Virus record (IMG/VR): IMGVR_UViG_2541047680_000004
DNA: 64,000 nucleotides
Direction: 5' to 3' (one strand)
Origin: a virus
Lineage: Duplodnaviria > Heunggongvirae > Uroviricota > Caudoviricetes
Shown: one piece after another, positions 1-9,690 of the stretch
Position numbering within the stretch: position 1 is the first letter of the stretch
Layout: each line of letters opens with the position of its first letter
Notes under the pieces: generated by a model
Told to the model about the DNA's origin: nothing
The model's database searches: none
What the model saw: only the letters and a program-made list of their open reading frames with translations
Made by a program: the position numbers and the translations under genes

Positions 1-175
1 GCGGGCGTTCATGCTCAGAAACAAGGTTGGGACAAGCACTTCCAGGCTAACACAGTCAGAAATCGAAACGTACTCTCAACAGTTCGCTTAGGCATGGAAG
101 TTTTGCGGCATTCTGGCTACACAATAACAAGGGAAGACTTACTCGTGGCTGCAACCCTACTAGCTCAAAATTTAT

Positions 176-487
176 TCACACATGGTTACGCTTTGGGGAA
201 ATTATGAGGGGATCTCTCAGCGCACTACATGCCCCCATATAAGCGCCAATTTCGCTGGCATGATTTGACAACAAAGGTTCAGCTGCGAGCTGTTCTAATG
301 AAATGCCATGAACGGCTTGAGCTTTCGGATCTATGTTTCTGCGAGGGTTAAAACGCATCTCCAGACTATCAATATGTCTCTGTGTCTCCAGTTCATAGCG
401 GGTAATTGCGATTTCAATAATTTTATGACCAGCAAGGAAATCCAGTCCCGTAGACTCGATATCGATGCCTGCAACAATCGTTGTCAT
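176..487 (-). CDS. DEDD-family 3'-5' exonuclease-like domain protein (short, possibly truncated)
   Basis: N-terminal GIDIESTGL matches the Exo I motif of DnaQ/RNase T-like exonucleases; ORF stops after 103 aa with no Exo II/III; no continuation seen in other frames toward the window start. Confidence 0.35.
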   Translation of the reverse strand: MTTIVAGIDIESTGLDFLAGHKIIEIAITRYELETQRHIDSLEMRFNPRRNIDPKAQAVHGISLEQLAAEPLLSNHASEIGAYMGACSALRDPLIISPKRNHV

Positions 488-496
488 CAGAACTCC

Positions 497-916
497 TTAC
501 AACTTCTTAGCGCCCTTAAGTAGTGCGCTACGTACAAATTGAGCCGCTTTTTTCAAAGTTTCTTCACTGGTTTCACAGACAATCGGATCTTTCCACTTAC
601 CTGACGCAGTGTTGAGAATATTGATTTGGTTGCTATCCAGACAAACAGAGATATAAAGCACCGTGCCACCAGCCAGCATCAAATGCATAGGAAACAGAGG
701 CTTTTTACTGTCTTCACTGAACTGAGACATGGCGATGTTAATGGCTTCACCTACTTGTGCGCCAACAAGCCCCTGCGCAGTTTCGAATATGGCACGAATA
801 GCCAGGCGAGCCTCTCGATCGCTCATAAGCGACCGGGAATGTTCGTCCGCTACACGAATCAAAGCCTCTGTTGTTTTCCGATCCAGTTCATCTTCAAGCA
901 ACATTTCACTAAACAT
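497..916 (-). CDS. hypothetical protein
   Basis: 139-aa ORF co-oriented and tightly spaced with neighbours; no recognisable motif. Confidence 0.4.
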   Translation of the reverse strand: MFSEMLLEDELDRKTTEALIRVADEHSRSLMSDREARLAIRAIFETAQGLVGAQVGEAINIAMSQFSEDSKKPLFPMHLMLAGGTVLYISVCLDSNQINILNTASGKWKDPIVCETSEETLKKAAQFVRSALLKGAKKL

Positions 917-977
917 TTTTTATCCTTAACCCATTTTGAGAGTTTTATTGTCGCAATGTCGAAGAGGCGAACAATTT

Positions 978-1622
978 CTAATGAACGGTCACTCGGCCAC
1001 AGAACCGGTTTTCTATCTTTTCTACAGCGTTATCTAGCATTCTCATCACTGATCTGGCTCTTGCTTCAACCGTGCGATATCGGTTGGAAACGACGAAGGT
1101 TTGCAGATCCCCCCTTTGCGGATGCAGGTGAATTTTTGTCAGTTCCCCGCACATCAACGCATCAATACGAGCGACATACAGACGGTCTAATGATGCTCGT
1201 TGTGACCGCAAGTAATCTCGCTCTGAGAGAGCGACCCCCGGGCGTAGGCCAGCAATGGCGTTAAAGTTTGAAATAGCAGTTTTGTGGCAAAACTTTTCGA
1301 TATCGAGGGCTAACTCAATACATCGATCTTCATTGGTATGGCCGACCAAATCCAACGTGTAGGCCATAACATCAGCAGGTGTGCGATCGATAACAAAGCC
1401 TTCAACACCACGCGTAAGTAGCTCTATATGCTTTGCTATTTCCATTTGAATCTGAAGCCGCTCATATAGAGGCATAGACTCACCTACTCGAACACCGAGT
1501 CGGCTCATCAAACTTCCGACACCAGCATCCACGTAAGGGATTCCGTAATGTTTGTCGATATATTTTGCCAGGGTTGTTTTCCCACTGCCCTGAGCACCAG
1601 TGATCCCAATCCGGTAATCCAT
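978..1622 (-). CDS. P-loop NTPase, putative (deoxy)nucleotide kinase
   Basis: Walker A GITGAQGSGKTT at N-terminus; stop/start coupled with DHFR gene at 1622; sits in nucleotide-metabolism operon. Confidence 0.55.
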   Translation of the reverse strand: MDYRIGITGAQGSGKTTLAKYIDKHYGIPYVDAGVGSLMSRLGVRVGESMPLYERLQIQMEIAKHIELLTRGVEGFVIDRTPADVMAYTLDLVGHTNEDRCIELALDIEKFCHKTAISNFNAIAGLRPGVALSERDYLRSQRASLDRLYVARIDALMCGELTKIHLHPQRGDLQTFVVSNRYRTVEARARSVMRMLDNAVEKIENRFCGRVTVH

Positions 1623-2098
1623 TACGACCTTCTGTATACGATCTGCGAAAAGCCAGGCTCTTCCTCGCTGGCTCGTTGGGTAAAAACTGTTTCAACAGGC
1701 ACAAAGCCTAAATTACGCATCATGCTTGCCGGGAAGAATGCATCGGCGTTTGGCACATCAACGCCGATGTGGGAGAGCCAAATCTCTTCAACATGCGGCA
1801 TGAATAGCGAGTAAATTTGTTCCCCGCCAATCACCCACACAGGCTCTGGTAATCGCAACACATCATCCACACCAGCAGGGTAGAATCCATTTGGTACAAA
1901 GCCATGAGAGCGCGTCAAAACGAGGTTATGACGCTCTGGAAGAGGGCGTTTGAGACTTTCCATCGTTTTACGCCCCATAACGACAGTGGCGTTTTTGGTG
2001 AGTCTCTTAAATAGCTTCAGATCGGTAGAACAACGCCAGGGCAGTTCGTTCGCTATGCCGATCTCATAGTTACGGCCAACAGCAGCTATCATCTTCAT
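1622..2098 (-). CDS. folA: dihydrofolate reductase
   Basis: MIAAVGRNYEIGIANELPW ... VVMGRKT pattern typical of DHFR; 158 aa; ATGA overlap with upstream ORF. Confidence 0.85.
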   Translation of the reverse strand: MKMIAAVGRNYEIGIANELPWRCSTDLKLFKRLTKNATVVMGRKTMESLKRPLPERHNLVLTRSHGFVPNGFYPAGVDDVLRLPEPVWVIGGEQIYSLFMPHVEEIWLSHIGVDVPNADAFFPASMMRNLGFVPVETVFTQRASEEEPGFSQIVYRRS

Positions 2099-2556
2099 TT
2101 GCTCACCTCATAGATGACCGGTCTATGATGAGAGTCAGCTAAAGCGGCACGGAGTCGAGGATCGTGCACCAGCGCAGCGATAAGCAGATCGCCTTTATGC
2201 TCCGCTAATGTGCGCTTAATATGCTTCTCATAACTGGTGCCATTCGGTACGAGATGAAGCCAGTCGTAATCAACGCCAAAATCTTTCAGCCATCGTTTAG
2301 TGGGCGCTTCAAGAGTTTCAGAGCGGCTACTGATAAGCACCACTTCAGCCCCTGAGCGAGCAAAACCACGCAACATACGGCTGGTGGGGAAAATGAGTTC
2401 ATCACCGGCAATGAGCTGGCCTGCATCCGCGTCAGATACAGATTTACGATGGCTGGTATTTGCCAGCACACCTTCAATTTCGCATAAGACATACATACCT
2501 CTTGCCATATCACACCGCCACTGGAACCTTGATCCACGGTAGAGGGTCATAGCCAA
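2095..2556 (-). CDS. hypothetical protein in thyA-folA operon (start uncertain, possibly 2508)
   Basis: ORF overlaps thymidylate synthase 3' end by 46 nt if first Met is used; an internal Met at about 2508 would give a coupled start; no motif recognised. Confidence 0.4.
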   Translation of the reverse strand: MAMTLYRGSRFQWRCDMARGMYVLCEIEGVLANTSHRKSVSDADAGQLIAGDELIFPTSRMLRGFARSGAEVVLISSRSETLEAPTKRWLKDFGVDYDWLHLVPNGTSYEKHIKRTLAEHKGDLLIAALVHDPRLRAALADSHHRPVIYEVSK

Positions 2557-3640
2557 GAATCAGAATATCGTCCCATTTGAAATCATCCAGCTCAGACCAT
2601 TCATGAGGGAAAATAACGACCGGATCTGAATGCTCTGGAGCCTGTCGTTTCATTAGCTCACACACACCTTCCATGTGGTTGTTGTACAAATGCACGTCAA
2701 AGCCAAAATGTACAAATGCACCGGCCATGTGACCCGTAATCTTCGCGAGAAAATGAGTGAGAATGCCATAGCCAGCAATATTGAATGGCATACCAACAAA
2801 AGTGTCTACGCTACGCTGTACGAGGCAGGAGTTGAGGATGCGTTTGGGGATTCCAAGTTCATCCAGTTCAGTTTCAGTAACACTGCCGTCCATCTCCAGA
2901 TCGTATAGCATCTTGGTGTAGATAGACTCATAACCGAGGCGACTGTGTTGAAGACCAATGTCAGTTGCCATCGTTAAACGGGTTTCAAAATCAAGCTCAC
3001 GACTCCACAAAGAGAAGACAAAGTGGCAAGGTGGCAGTTTCATATCCTCAAGCTCGCCTACGTTCCATGCGTTAAGCATGATACGACGATCGGTGGGGTT
3101 CGTGCGCAGTGTATCGACAATACGCTGTAGCTGATCGATTTCACGGGACAGCACTACGCGATCTTCACTGATACCCAGGTATCCCTCGACTTTGTACCCG
3201 CGTTCACGGAAAGTATCGATCTTGCTCAGATATTCACTATGGCTCACGATGCGGGTATCTTCCCATCGACGCCACTGCTTACCGTAAACCGGCCCCAAAT
3301 CGCCATTCTCATCGGCCCATGCATCCCAAATCTTAACGCCGTTATCCTTGAGAAATTGGATGTTGCCCGTGCCTTTCAGATACCACTCAAGTTCGACAAG
3401 CAGTGGCTTAAGATTTACCGCCTTTCCAGAAATAAGCGGCACAGTCCCACCAGTAAGCATGTAGTAAGAGGGAACGTAGCAGGTGCTTAAAGTACCAGTG
3501 CCTGTGCGATCATCAGCCTGCACGCCGCTTTTAAGCACCGTCTCAATAACTTTTGCATACGATGCGTTTGTTACCTGACCGTTCGTATGCTCACGATTCA
3601 AAAGGAGTGACACAAAAACCTCACAAAGATAAGTAACCAC
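2510..3640 (-). CDS. thyA: thymidylate synthase (long form with insertion)
   Basis: DRTGTGT, YGKQWRRW and LPPCH (catalytic Cys) motifs; GTG start; 376 aa is longer than the roughly 264-aa bacterial enzyme. Confidence 0.85.
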   Translation of the reverse strand: MVTYLCEVFVSLLLNREHTNGQVTNASYAKVIETVLKSGVQADDRTGTGTLSTCYVPSYYMLTGGTVPLISGKAVNLKPLLVELEWYLKGTGNIQFLKDNGVKIWDAWADENGDLGPVYGKQWRRWEDTRIVSHSEYLSKIDTFRERGYKVEGYLGISEDRVVLSREIDQLQRIVDTLRTNPTDRRIMLNAWNVGELEDMKLPPCHFVFSLWSRELDFETRLTMATDIGLQHSRLGYESIYTKMLYDLEMDGSVTETELDELGIPKRILNSCLVQRSVDTFVGMPFNIAGYGILTHFLAKITGHMAGAFVHFGFDVHLYNNHMEGVCELMKRQAPEHSDPVVIFPHEWSELDDFKWDDILILGYDPLPWIKVPVAV

Positions 3641-3690
3641 TTATTCCTTAAGTGAGTTTACATTTATTGAGGGAACAAGGCCAGATAGAT

Positions 3691-3720
3691 AAAAAAATGG
3701 TGGCCATAGGCCACCAAAAA
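3691..3720 (-). terminator. rho-independent terminator-like hairpin (bidirectional appearance)
   Basis: tggtggcc-ata-ggccacca stem-loop flanked by A7 and A5 runs; lies just downstream of the 3785..4654 gene on the minus strand. Confidence 0.55.
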
Positions 3721-3784
3721 CGAATAGTTGTTTCAGAAATTTAACGCGCCAACGCAATATACACAGATAGATAACTACCTACAA

Positions 3785-4654
3785 TTATTTTTTGATCATT
3801 CCGTACATTGCTGAGGCTTTAGCTTGCTCAACAAAGGAGGATAAATCGACATCACTATAGGTTGGAGACTTCAGAATCTTTCCATCGGAAATTCGAAAAC
3901 CGATCATCTTATCGGTGCCATCAGCATGGCGAAATCCCAGGTCAGAAGAGTCGTATTTGCAGTTGGCCACAGCATGGCGACGCTCTTCGGCATCTGCAGG
4001 CCATAATTTTGTCATGTTGGACCGATGAATTTCGCCAACCAGCTCGACGACATTGATACCGAGGAAATCAGCCAGTCGATAGGTCATCATGCACGCCACA
4101 TAGATTTTGTTCATTACACGGCGCAGTTCCTGAATCAGCTCAGAATCCTTAACAGTCTTGTTCTCAAGTTTATCTGCCAGCTCTTCGAGCATACATGACG
4201 CCTCACGAGCTTCCTGAAATGGCATTGCCATATCATCGAAAACAGTGTTACCAGGCACAAAAATTGTCTGCATAAAGCGATCAATGCTCTGTTCCTGCGT
4301 GTAATAGGTCATGCCGGTAGAAATACCACCTTTGATGGCGACCATCGTACCAACACCAACGTATAAAAAGTCGGCCATTGCATCCAGCAGTTGCTCAATA
4401 TCCCCATTCATTGCGGCTGGAATACCTTCCACTACAGCTTCTTCATGAATCAGGCTTGCACGGAGACGAAGCAGCTCTGGTGTCGGCATAACGCGTCTCG
4501 GATGCTGGAAGAGTTCATGAAACTGATCGACCATCTTGTAAATACTTTCAGTAGCTACACCATGACCTTCATGCAACTCATATGGTTCTGGCTTAAATCC
4601 AATGAGTCGATCGGTGGCAAGTTTCAGGTGGTCAGTCAGTTTGGTAAAGTTCAT
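3785..4654 (-). CDS. putative all-alpha NTP pyrophosphohydrolase (MazG / dimeric dUTPase-like)
   Basis: Acidic EE..E...D-type motif region (HEEAVVEGIPAA ... DIEQLLDAMADFLYV) reminiscent of the MazG/HisE superfamily; context next to nrdAB/thyA. Confidence 0.4.
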   Translation of the reverse strand: MNFTKLTDHLKLATDRLIGFKPEPYELHEGHGVATESIYKMVDQFHELFQHPRRVMPTPELLRLRASLIHEEAVVEGIPAAMNGDIEQLLDAMADFLYVGVGTMVAIKGGISTGMTYYTQEQSIDRFMQTIFVPGNTVFDDMAMPFQEAREASCMLEELADKLENKTVKDSELIQELRRVMNKIYVACMMTYRLADFLGINVVELVGEIHRSNMTKLWPADAEERRHAVANCKYDSSDLGFRHADGTDKMIGFRISDGKILKSPTYSDVDLSSFVEQAKASAMYGMIKK

Positions 4655-4731
4655 GCTAGTTTTGTTCCTTCTTAATTCTTGTGATCCATTGTGGCCCAGC
4701 GTTGCCAGGCCACATAATGCTTTGTATCGGT

Positions 4732-5874
4732 TTACAGGTCTGCAAACTGGCTTAGAGAAGCCTTATCCACGGTAGAATCGATCTGACCTACCAGATATGT
4801 GCTTTGCTCTGCCTCTTGTGGTGCAATTTGCAGTGTGTCGGTTAACAACCACTTGTTCATCCAGACCAGCGGATCTGTGGTAACTTCTGGAAATAAAGCC
4901 TTCAGGCCAAGACGATTCATAGCCAGATTGGTGCGGTATTTTACATAGGTCTTCAGAATATCCGCGTTTAAACCAATCATCGAACCGTCTTTGAAGAGAT
5001 AGTCTGCCCAGTTCATTTCTTGTTCGGCGACTGATTTCATGGTGTCGTAAATGACGTTTTCTTCATCAGCAGCAATCTCTTTCCACAATAAACCTTCGCG
5101 ACCGGTACGCATGAAGCGGATCATGCGTTCAGTTCCTTCGCAATGCAGAGCTTCATCACGGGCAATAAAGCGCATAATTTTGGTGTTGCCCTCAAGCAAC
5201 TTCCGTTCGCCAAAGGCAAACGTACATGCAAAACTTACATAGAAACGGATCGCCTCAAGCGCATTAATGGACACCAACGTGCGGAAAAGCTGACGGTGCA
5301 AAGGGTATGGCTCCCAGCCATATTCATTTACGTACAGACGTTCAAACTCTTTCTCACCTAACGACTGGCGCTCGCAGGTCATCCCATAAAGCCTGTCATA
5401 TTCAGCAGAGATACTGATCGCTCGGTTGATGATTTCTTCATCCGTAACAATACCGTTAAAAACAATGCTCGGATCGTCCACCATGCCACGAATAATGTGG
5501 GTGTAGCTGCGGCTATGGATAGTCTCAGAGAAAGACCATGTTTCAACCCACGTTTCCAGTTCAGGAATAGAGATAAGCGGCAGCAGCGTTGCATTTGGGC
5601 TACGTCCCTGAACTGAATCGAGTAACGTTTGATAACGGAGATTGCTCAGAAAAATGTGACGTTCGTGGTCCCGCAGCTTCGTGTTGAAGTCGATACGATC
5701 GCTCGAAATATCAACTTCTTCCGGCCGCCAGAAGAAAGACAATTGACGTTCAATCAACTTTTCAAAATCACGGTATTTTTGCTGATCGTAACGTGCCACG
5801 TTGACAGATTGTCCGAGGAACATAGGCTCTTTGGTTGCATCATTAGCACCCAAACGGAACGTTGAATATGACAT
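4732..5874 (-). CDS. nrdB: ribonucleotide reductase small (beta) subunit
   Basis: [14 protein letters not shown] and EALHCEG iron-ligand/tyrosyl-radical region motifs; 380 aa; adjacent to nrdA. Confidence 0.9.
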   Translation of the reverse strand: MSYSTFRLGANDATKEPMFLGQSVNVARYDQQKYRDFEKLIERQLSFFWRPEEVDISSDRIDFNTKLRDHERHIFLSNLRYQTLLDSVQGRSPNATLLPLISIPELETWVETWSFSETIHSRSYTHIIRGMVDDPSIVFNGIVTDEEIINRAISISAEYDRLYGMTCERQSLGEKEFERLYVNEYGWEPYPLHRQLFRTLVSINALEAIRFYVSFACTFAFGERKLLEGNTKIMRFIARDEALHCEGTERMIRFMRTGREGLLWKEIAADEENVIYDTMKSVAEQEMNWADYLFKDGSMIGLNADILKTYVKYRTNLAMNRLGLKALFPEVTTDPLVWMNKWLLTDTLQIAPQEAEQSTYLVGQIDSTVDKASLSQFADL

Positions 5875-5978
5875 GTGTTTTCCTTTTGCTTATTGATGTG
5901 TTTAAACAAGTTGTTATCTTATTTGTTTAAACAAGGTTTACAAATCAAAGAGAAGGTGGGGATATCCCCCACCATATG

Positions 5979-8294
5979 TCAGATTTTGCAGGCTCCGTCG
6001 CACTCATCTTCTGGCTCGACGGCTACAGCTTGCGTCAGTGGATTCTGCGGTTCGTCGTCATCACGCTTTCCTGCCCCATCTCTGGTGTTGTGGTAGTAAA
6101 GCGTTTTAACTCCCATCTTGTAGGCGAGAAGCAAATCTGACAGTAGCGTCATCATTGGGACTTTATCGCCTTCAAAGCGAGAAGGGTCATAGTTGGTATT
6201 GGCTGAAATAGCCTGGTCAAAGAACTTCTGGATGATCGCCACCTTTGTCAGATAGCCGCGGTTGTCCGGCATATCCCACAGGTATTCATACTGTTCCTTC
6301 AGTTTTTCAAACTCAGGCACGACCATCTTAACGATGCCGTCCTTAGAAGATTTCACCGACACCGGGCCACGAGGCGGTTCGATGCCGTTGGTGGAATTAG
6401 TGATCTGGCTGGAAGTCTCGCATGGCATTTGTGCCGTCAGTGTGGAGTTGCGAAGGCCGTATTTTGCAATACGTTCACGCAGTTCTTCCCACGGCATCTT
6501 TAACTCAAAGTTGGTTTCGCCACTTTCGTCTAATGAAGAACGGTAATGGTCGATCGGCAACTGACCAATTGCGTACTTGGTCTGCTCAAACCAGTCACAC
6601 TCACCTTTTGCTTCAGCAAGTCGGCAGCTGGCATCAAGAAGGTAATACTGGATAGCTTCGAACGTTTCATGCACCAGTTTATTGCCAGCGGTATCAGAAT
6701 AACGAACGCCATTCTTTGCCAGGTAATAAGCAAAGTTGGTTACACCAATTCCCAAGCTACGACGAGCTTTGGCAGGCACTGCGGCTGCCTCCATCGGATA
6801 GTCTTGATAATCCAGTAACGAATCCAGTGCAGCAACGGCATAGAACGCCACCTCTTTAAGAGACTCCAGTGAACGGATGGCTCCGAGGTTAAAAGCGGAT
6901 AAAGTGCATAGCGCGATCTCACCGTTCGGTTCGTCGGTAAATGCCAGTGGACGAGTGGGTAGAGTGATCTCCATGCACAGGTTTGACTGGCGGACAGGTG
7001 CAAGAGCAGGAATGAAAGCGCCATGCTCATTAATATGATCGACGTTCGCAATATAAATTCGGCCCGTGGACGCTCGTTCCTGCATCAGAGATGAGAACAG
7101 CTCAATGGCAGACACTGACTTCTTGCGAATTGAATCATCGGCTTCGTATTTATGGTACAGCTTTTCAAACAGATCCTGGTCTGTGAAGAAGGCTTCGTAC
7201 ATATCAGGCACATCATGCGGGCTGAACAGAGTGATGTTCTCGCTTCTGACGAGTCGACGGTACATTAGACGGTTACTCATGACGCCGTAATCAAGATGGC
7301 GAACGCGGTTTTCATCAATACCACGGTTATTTTTCACCACCAGCAGACTTTCAACTTCAAGATGCCAGATCGGGTAAAACGCTGTTGCTGCGCCACCACG
7401 AACACCACCTTGCGAACAAGATTTAACAGCCGTCTGGAAATGCTTCAGGAATGGAATAACTCCGGTATGGGTGGCTTCACCATTGCGGATCTCGCTGCCC
7501 AGCGCACGGATACGGCCAAAACCAATACCAATTCCAGCACGACGTGAAACGTAGTCGATAATTGCGGCTGAAGCTGCACTAATCCCTTTCAGACTATCGC
7601 CAGACTCAATCAGCACACAACTGGAGAACTGACGGGTTGGAGTACGGACGCCGGCCATGATTGGTGTGGGCAGAGACAGTTTGAACGTACTTGTAACGTC
7701 ATAGAAACCTTTGACCATCTCCATACGTGTTTTGCCAGCGCAGTCGTCTTCCCAATTCTGGAACAGACACATGCCTACCAGCATATAGATATGTTGCGGC
7801 CCCTCATGAATCTCACCAGTAACACGGTTTTGAACGAGGTATTTGCTTTGCAACTGCACCGTAGCTGCATAGCCAAAAAGATCGTCACGTTTCGGCTTAA
7901 TGTAATTGCCGAGTTCTTCGATCTCTTCAAACGAATAATGTGTCAGCAAATCCTTGTCATAAACGCCCTTGTTAACGTTCTTGACAATGTGTTGGTAGAA
8001 GTTCGGATAGTCGTAACGACCGAAGGCATCTTTGCGGATTTTAAAAATGTTCAGGCGGGCAGCCACCTGTGAGTAATTTGGTGCTTCTGGTGAGATCAAA
8101 TCAGCGGCAGATTTAACCAAAGCCTCATGCAACTGGCTGGTGGTAATCCCATCAAAAATGCTGGCCGCAGCTCCCATTGCTACAGCGGATGCGCTTACAC
8201 CACGAATGCCTTCTACGCCATACATTACGACGCGGTTGTATTTTTCTTCGGATAACGGCTCTGTTTGGCCGTTACGTTTTACGATGCTTATCAT
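5979..8294 (-). CDS. nrdA: ribonucleotide reductase large (alpha) subunit
   Basis: N-terminal ATP-cone (VKRNGQTEPL), SNLCMEI active-site motif, 771 aa. Confidence 0.92.
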   Translation of the reverse strand: MISIVKRNGQTEPLSEEKYNRVVMYGVEGIRGVSASAVAMGAAASIFDGITTSQLHEALVKSAADLISPEAPNYSQVAARLNIFKIRKDAFGRYDYPNFYQHIVKNVNKGVYDKDLLTHYSFEEIEELGNYIKPKRDDLFGYAATVQLQSKYLVQNRVTGEIHEGPQHIYMLVGMCLFQNWEDDCAGKTRMEMVKGFYDVTSTFKLSLPTPIMAGVRTPTRQFSSCVLIESGDSLKGISAASAAIIDYVSRRAGIGIGFGRIRALGSEIRNGEATHTGVIPFLKHFQTAVKSCSQGGVRGGAATAFYPIWHLEVESLLVVKNNRGIDENRVRHLDYGVMSNRLMYRRLVRSENITLFSPHDVPDMYEAFFTDQDLFEKLYHKYEADDSIRKKSVSAIELFSSLMQERASTGRIYIANVDHINEHGAFIPALAPVRQSNLCMEITLPTRPLAFTDEPNGEIALCTLSAFNLGAIRSLESLKEVAFYAVAALDSLLDYQDYPMEAAAVPAKARRSLGIGVTNFAYYLAKNGVRYSDTAGNKLVHETFEAIQYYLLDASCRLAEAKGECDWFEQTKYAIGQLPIDHYRSSLDESGETNFELKMPWEELRERIAKYGLRNSTLTAQMPCETSSQITNSTNGIEPPRGPVSVKSSKDGIVKMVVPEFEKLKEQYEYLWDMPDNRGYLTKVAIIQKFFDQAISANTNYDPSRFEGDKVPMMTLLSDLLLAYKMGVKTLYYHNTRDGAGKRDDDEPQNPLTQAVAVEPEDECDGACKI

Positions 8295-8311
8295 GTATCA
8301 CCAAATAAAGA

Positions 8312-8333
8312 GGGCCACTAAATATAGTGGCCC
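8312..8333 (-). terminator. terminator-like hairpin between resolvase gene and nrdA
   Basis: gggccacta-aata-tagtggccc 9-bp stem; downstream of the 8368..8937 gene on the minus strand. Confidence 0.45.
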
Positions 8334-8367
8334 ATGTTAATAGATAAGCACTTACCTATCAACGAGA

Positions 8368-8937
8368 TCAAATGAGAGACTTGAGAACATCGCGCACCTG
8401 GCGAAACTGATCTGTTTGCATACCGGTATGGATGGCAGCCACCGCATCAGCCAAATGTTCGTTTTTGTTCACGAGAACATCCTGTCCAGATTGCTTACGA
8501 CGCAGCCACGGTGCTTTAGGGTATTTTTTCGTAGCCCACTGGATAATCTCTTCTTTCGATGTAGTAAGTTTATTGCCGACAAAATGCTTGATTTCGTTTG
8601 GAGTAACCTGGATCAATGGCTTATCCACACACGCAAGTACACCGATACAAATACCGTAAGACGTCTGCGAACGAGAGTTTTGGCTCCCAACCGGTAGCTC
8701 ACAAAAAACCATATTTGCCTTATCAATGATTGGCTTCGCAACACGCCATATTTCACTGGCTCGGCGCAGATCGTCACTGTTCACACGAACGGTCTTTTTG
8801 TTACTCCCCGCTTTAGTCTCAACAAGAGTAAGGCCGTGAATCTCAAGTTCGTCCGTCTCAAGGTCTAAAGTGCCCACAGCAAGCCCAAAGTTGCTCATTG
8901 AGGGATCAACACCAACTACGCTGATTTTTTTACTCAT
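8368..8937 (-). CDS. RuvC-like Holliday junction resolvase
   Basis: N-terminal VVGVDPSMSNFGLAV and C-terminal EHLADAVAAIHTG resemble the RuvC/YqgF catalytic fold; follows sbcCD-like genes. Confidence 0.6.
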   Translation of the reverse strand: MSKKISVVGVDPSMSNFGLAVGTLDLETDELEIHGLTLVETKAGSNKKTVRVNSDDLRRASEIWRVAKPIIDKANMVFCELPVGSQNSRSQTSYGICIGVLACVDKPLIQVTPNEIKHFVGNKLTTSKEEIIQWATKKYPKAPWLRRKQSGQDVLVNKNEHLADAVAAIHTGMQTDQFRQVRDVLKSLI

Positions 8938-8946
8938 ATAGTCTCC

Positions 8947-9690
8947 TTACCATGTTCCCCATATAGGGTTTTCCAATAATCTCGCCTCCAACGAATTGGC
9001 TACTATTGCCGTTTGCAACGTTGGTTGGGGATAGTTTGCAAAGTCTGAATACTCATTTTCCTGCGTGACACGTTTATCTGCGGCATGTTTAACACCACTT
9101 GCTATGAAATGACGCATGATGCCCAACAGCCTCCGACTGTCTGCACTATCGTTTGCTAAAACATGAGGGAGCTGAAGTTCGATTTCTACCATTTCTCCAT
9201 ACTTACCAACAAACTGTAGTTTGTCCGCACTGTACTTTTTATCCCTCCTTTGGATAAGGAAACCAGTAAAAGCATCACCTGGCGATGCCAAACTATCCGC
9301 CCGCTTATTGGCAAGTCGAATAAGGTTCGTGAAAGCCATACAGAGATGCGCATCCATTGCCCCAAAGAACCCTTCGCTATTAATGTTAAGATCTTCAGTT
9401 TCATGGGTTGCGATAAACCCAGGTCCGACGTTGGGAAGATATCCCCCCTCAACAAAAGGATTAATCAAGATCGGCGCAATACATCCAGACGGCAGTGATT
9501 CCAAACTTTGCATCAATGGTGTCTCGGATATTAGACCAAGCAACGGGGCGAATTGTGCTTTGTCAATATTATTGCTGCCCCACAGAATACGTGGAGCCGC
9601 ACTATTGGAAGTATGCCCATTGATCAGTTTTATCGACTGCATCACTGCAAACACCTGCAAAAACTGCGAGCGGCTTAATTTAAACGACAT
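8947..9690 (-). CDS. hypothetical protein
   Basis: 247-aa ORF, start overlaps SbcC-like stop by 11 nt; no motif recognised. Confidence 0.4.
   Translation of the reverse strand: MSFKLSRSQFLQVFAVMQSIKLINGHTSNSAAPRILWGSNNIDKAQFAPLLGLISETPLMQSLESLPSGCIAPILINPFVEGGYLPNVGPGFIATHETEDLNINSEGFFGAMDAHLCMAFTNLIRLANKRADSLASPGDAFTGFLIQRRDKKYSADKLQFVGKYGEMVEIELQLPHVLANDSADSRRLLGIMRHFIASGVKHAADKRVTQENEYSDFANYPQPTLQTAIVANSLEARLLENPIWGTW

Noticed and set aside
626-1264. 212-aa plus-strand ORF and other antisense ORFs overlapping minus-strand genes (e.g. 308..523, 729..929, 1548..1814, 9221..9739, 23489..24004, 25831..26259, 57177..57704)
   Set aside because: Each is fully embedded antisense within a well-supported minus-strand gene with clear protein-family motifs; translations are low-complexity or Ser/Arg/Cys-rich with no RBS context.
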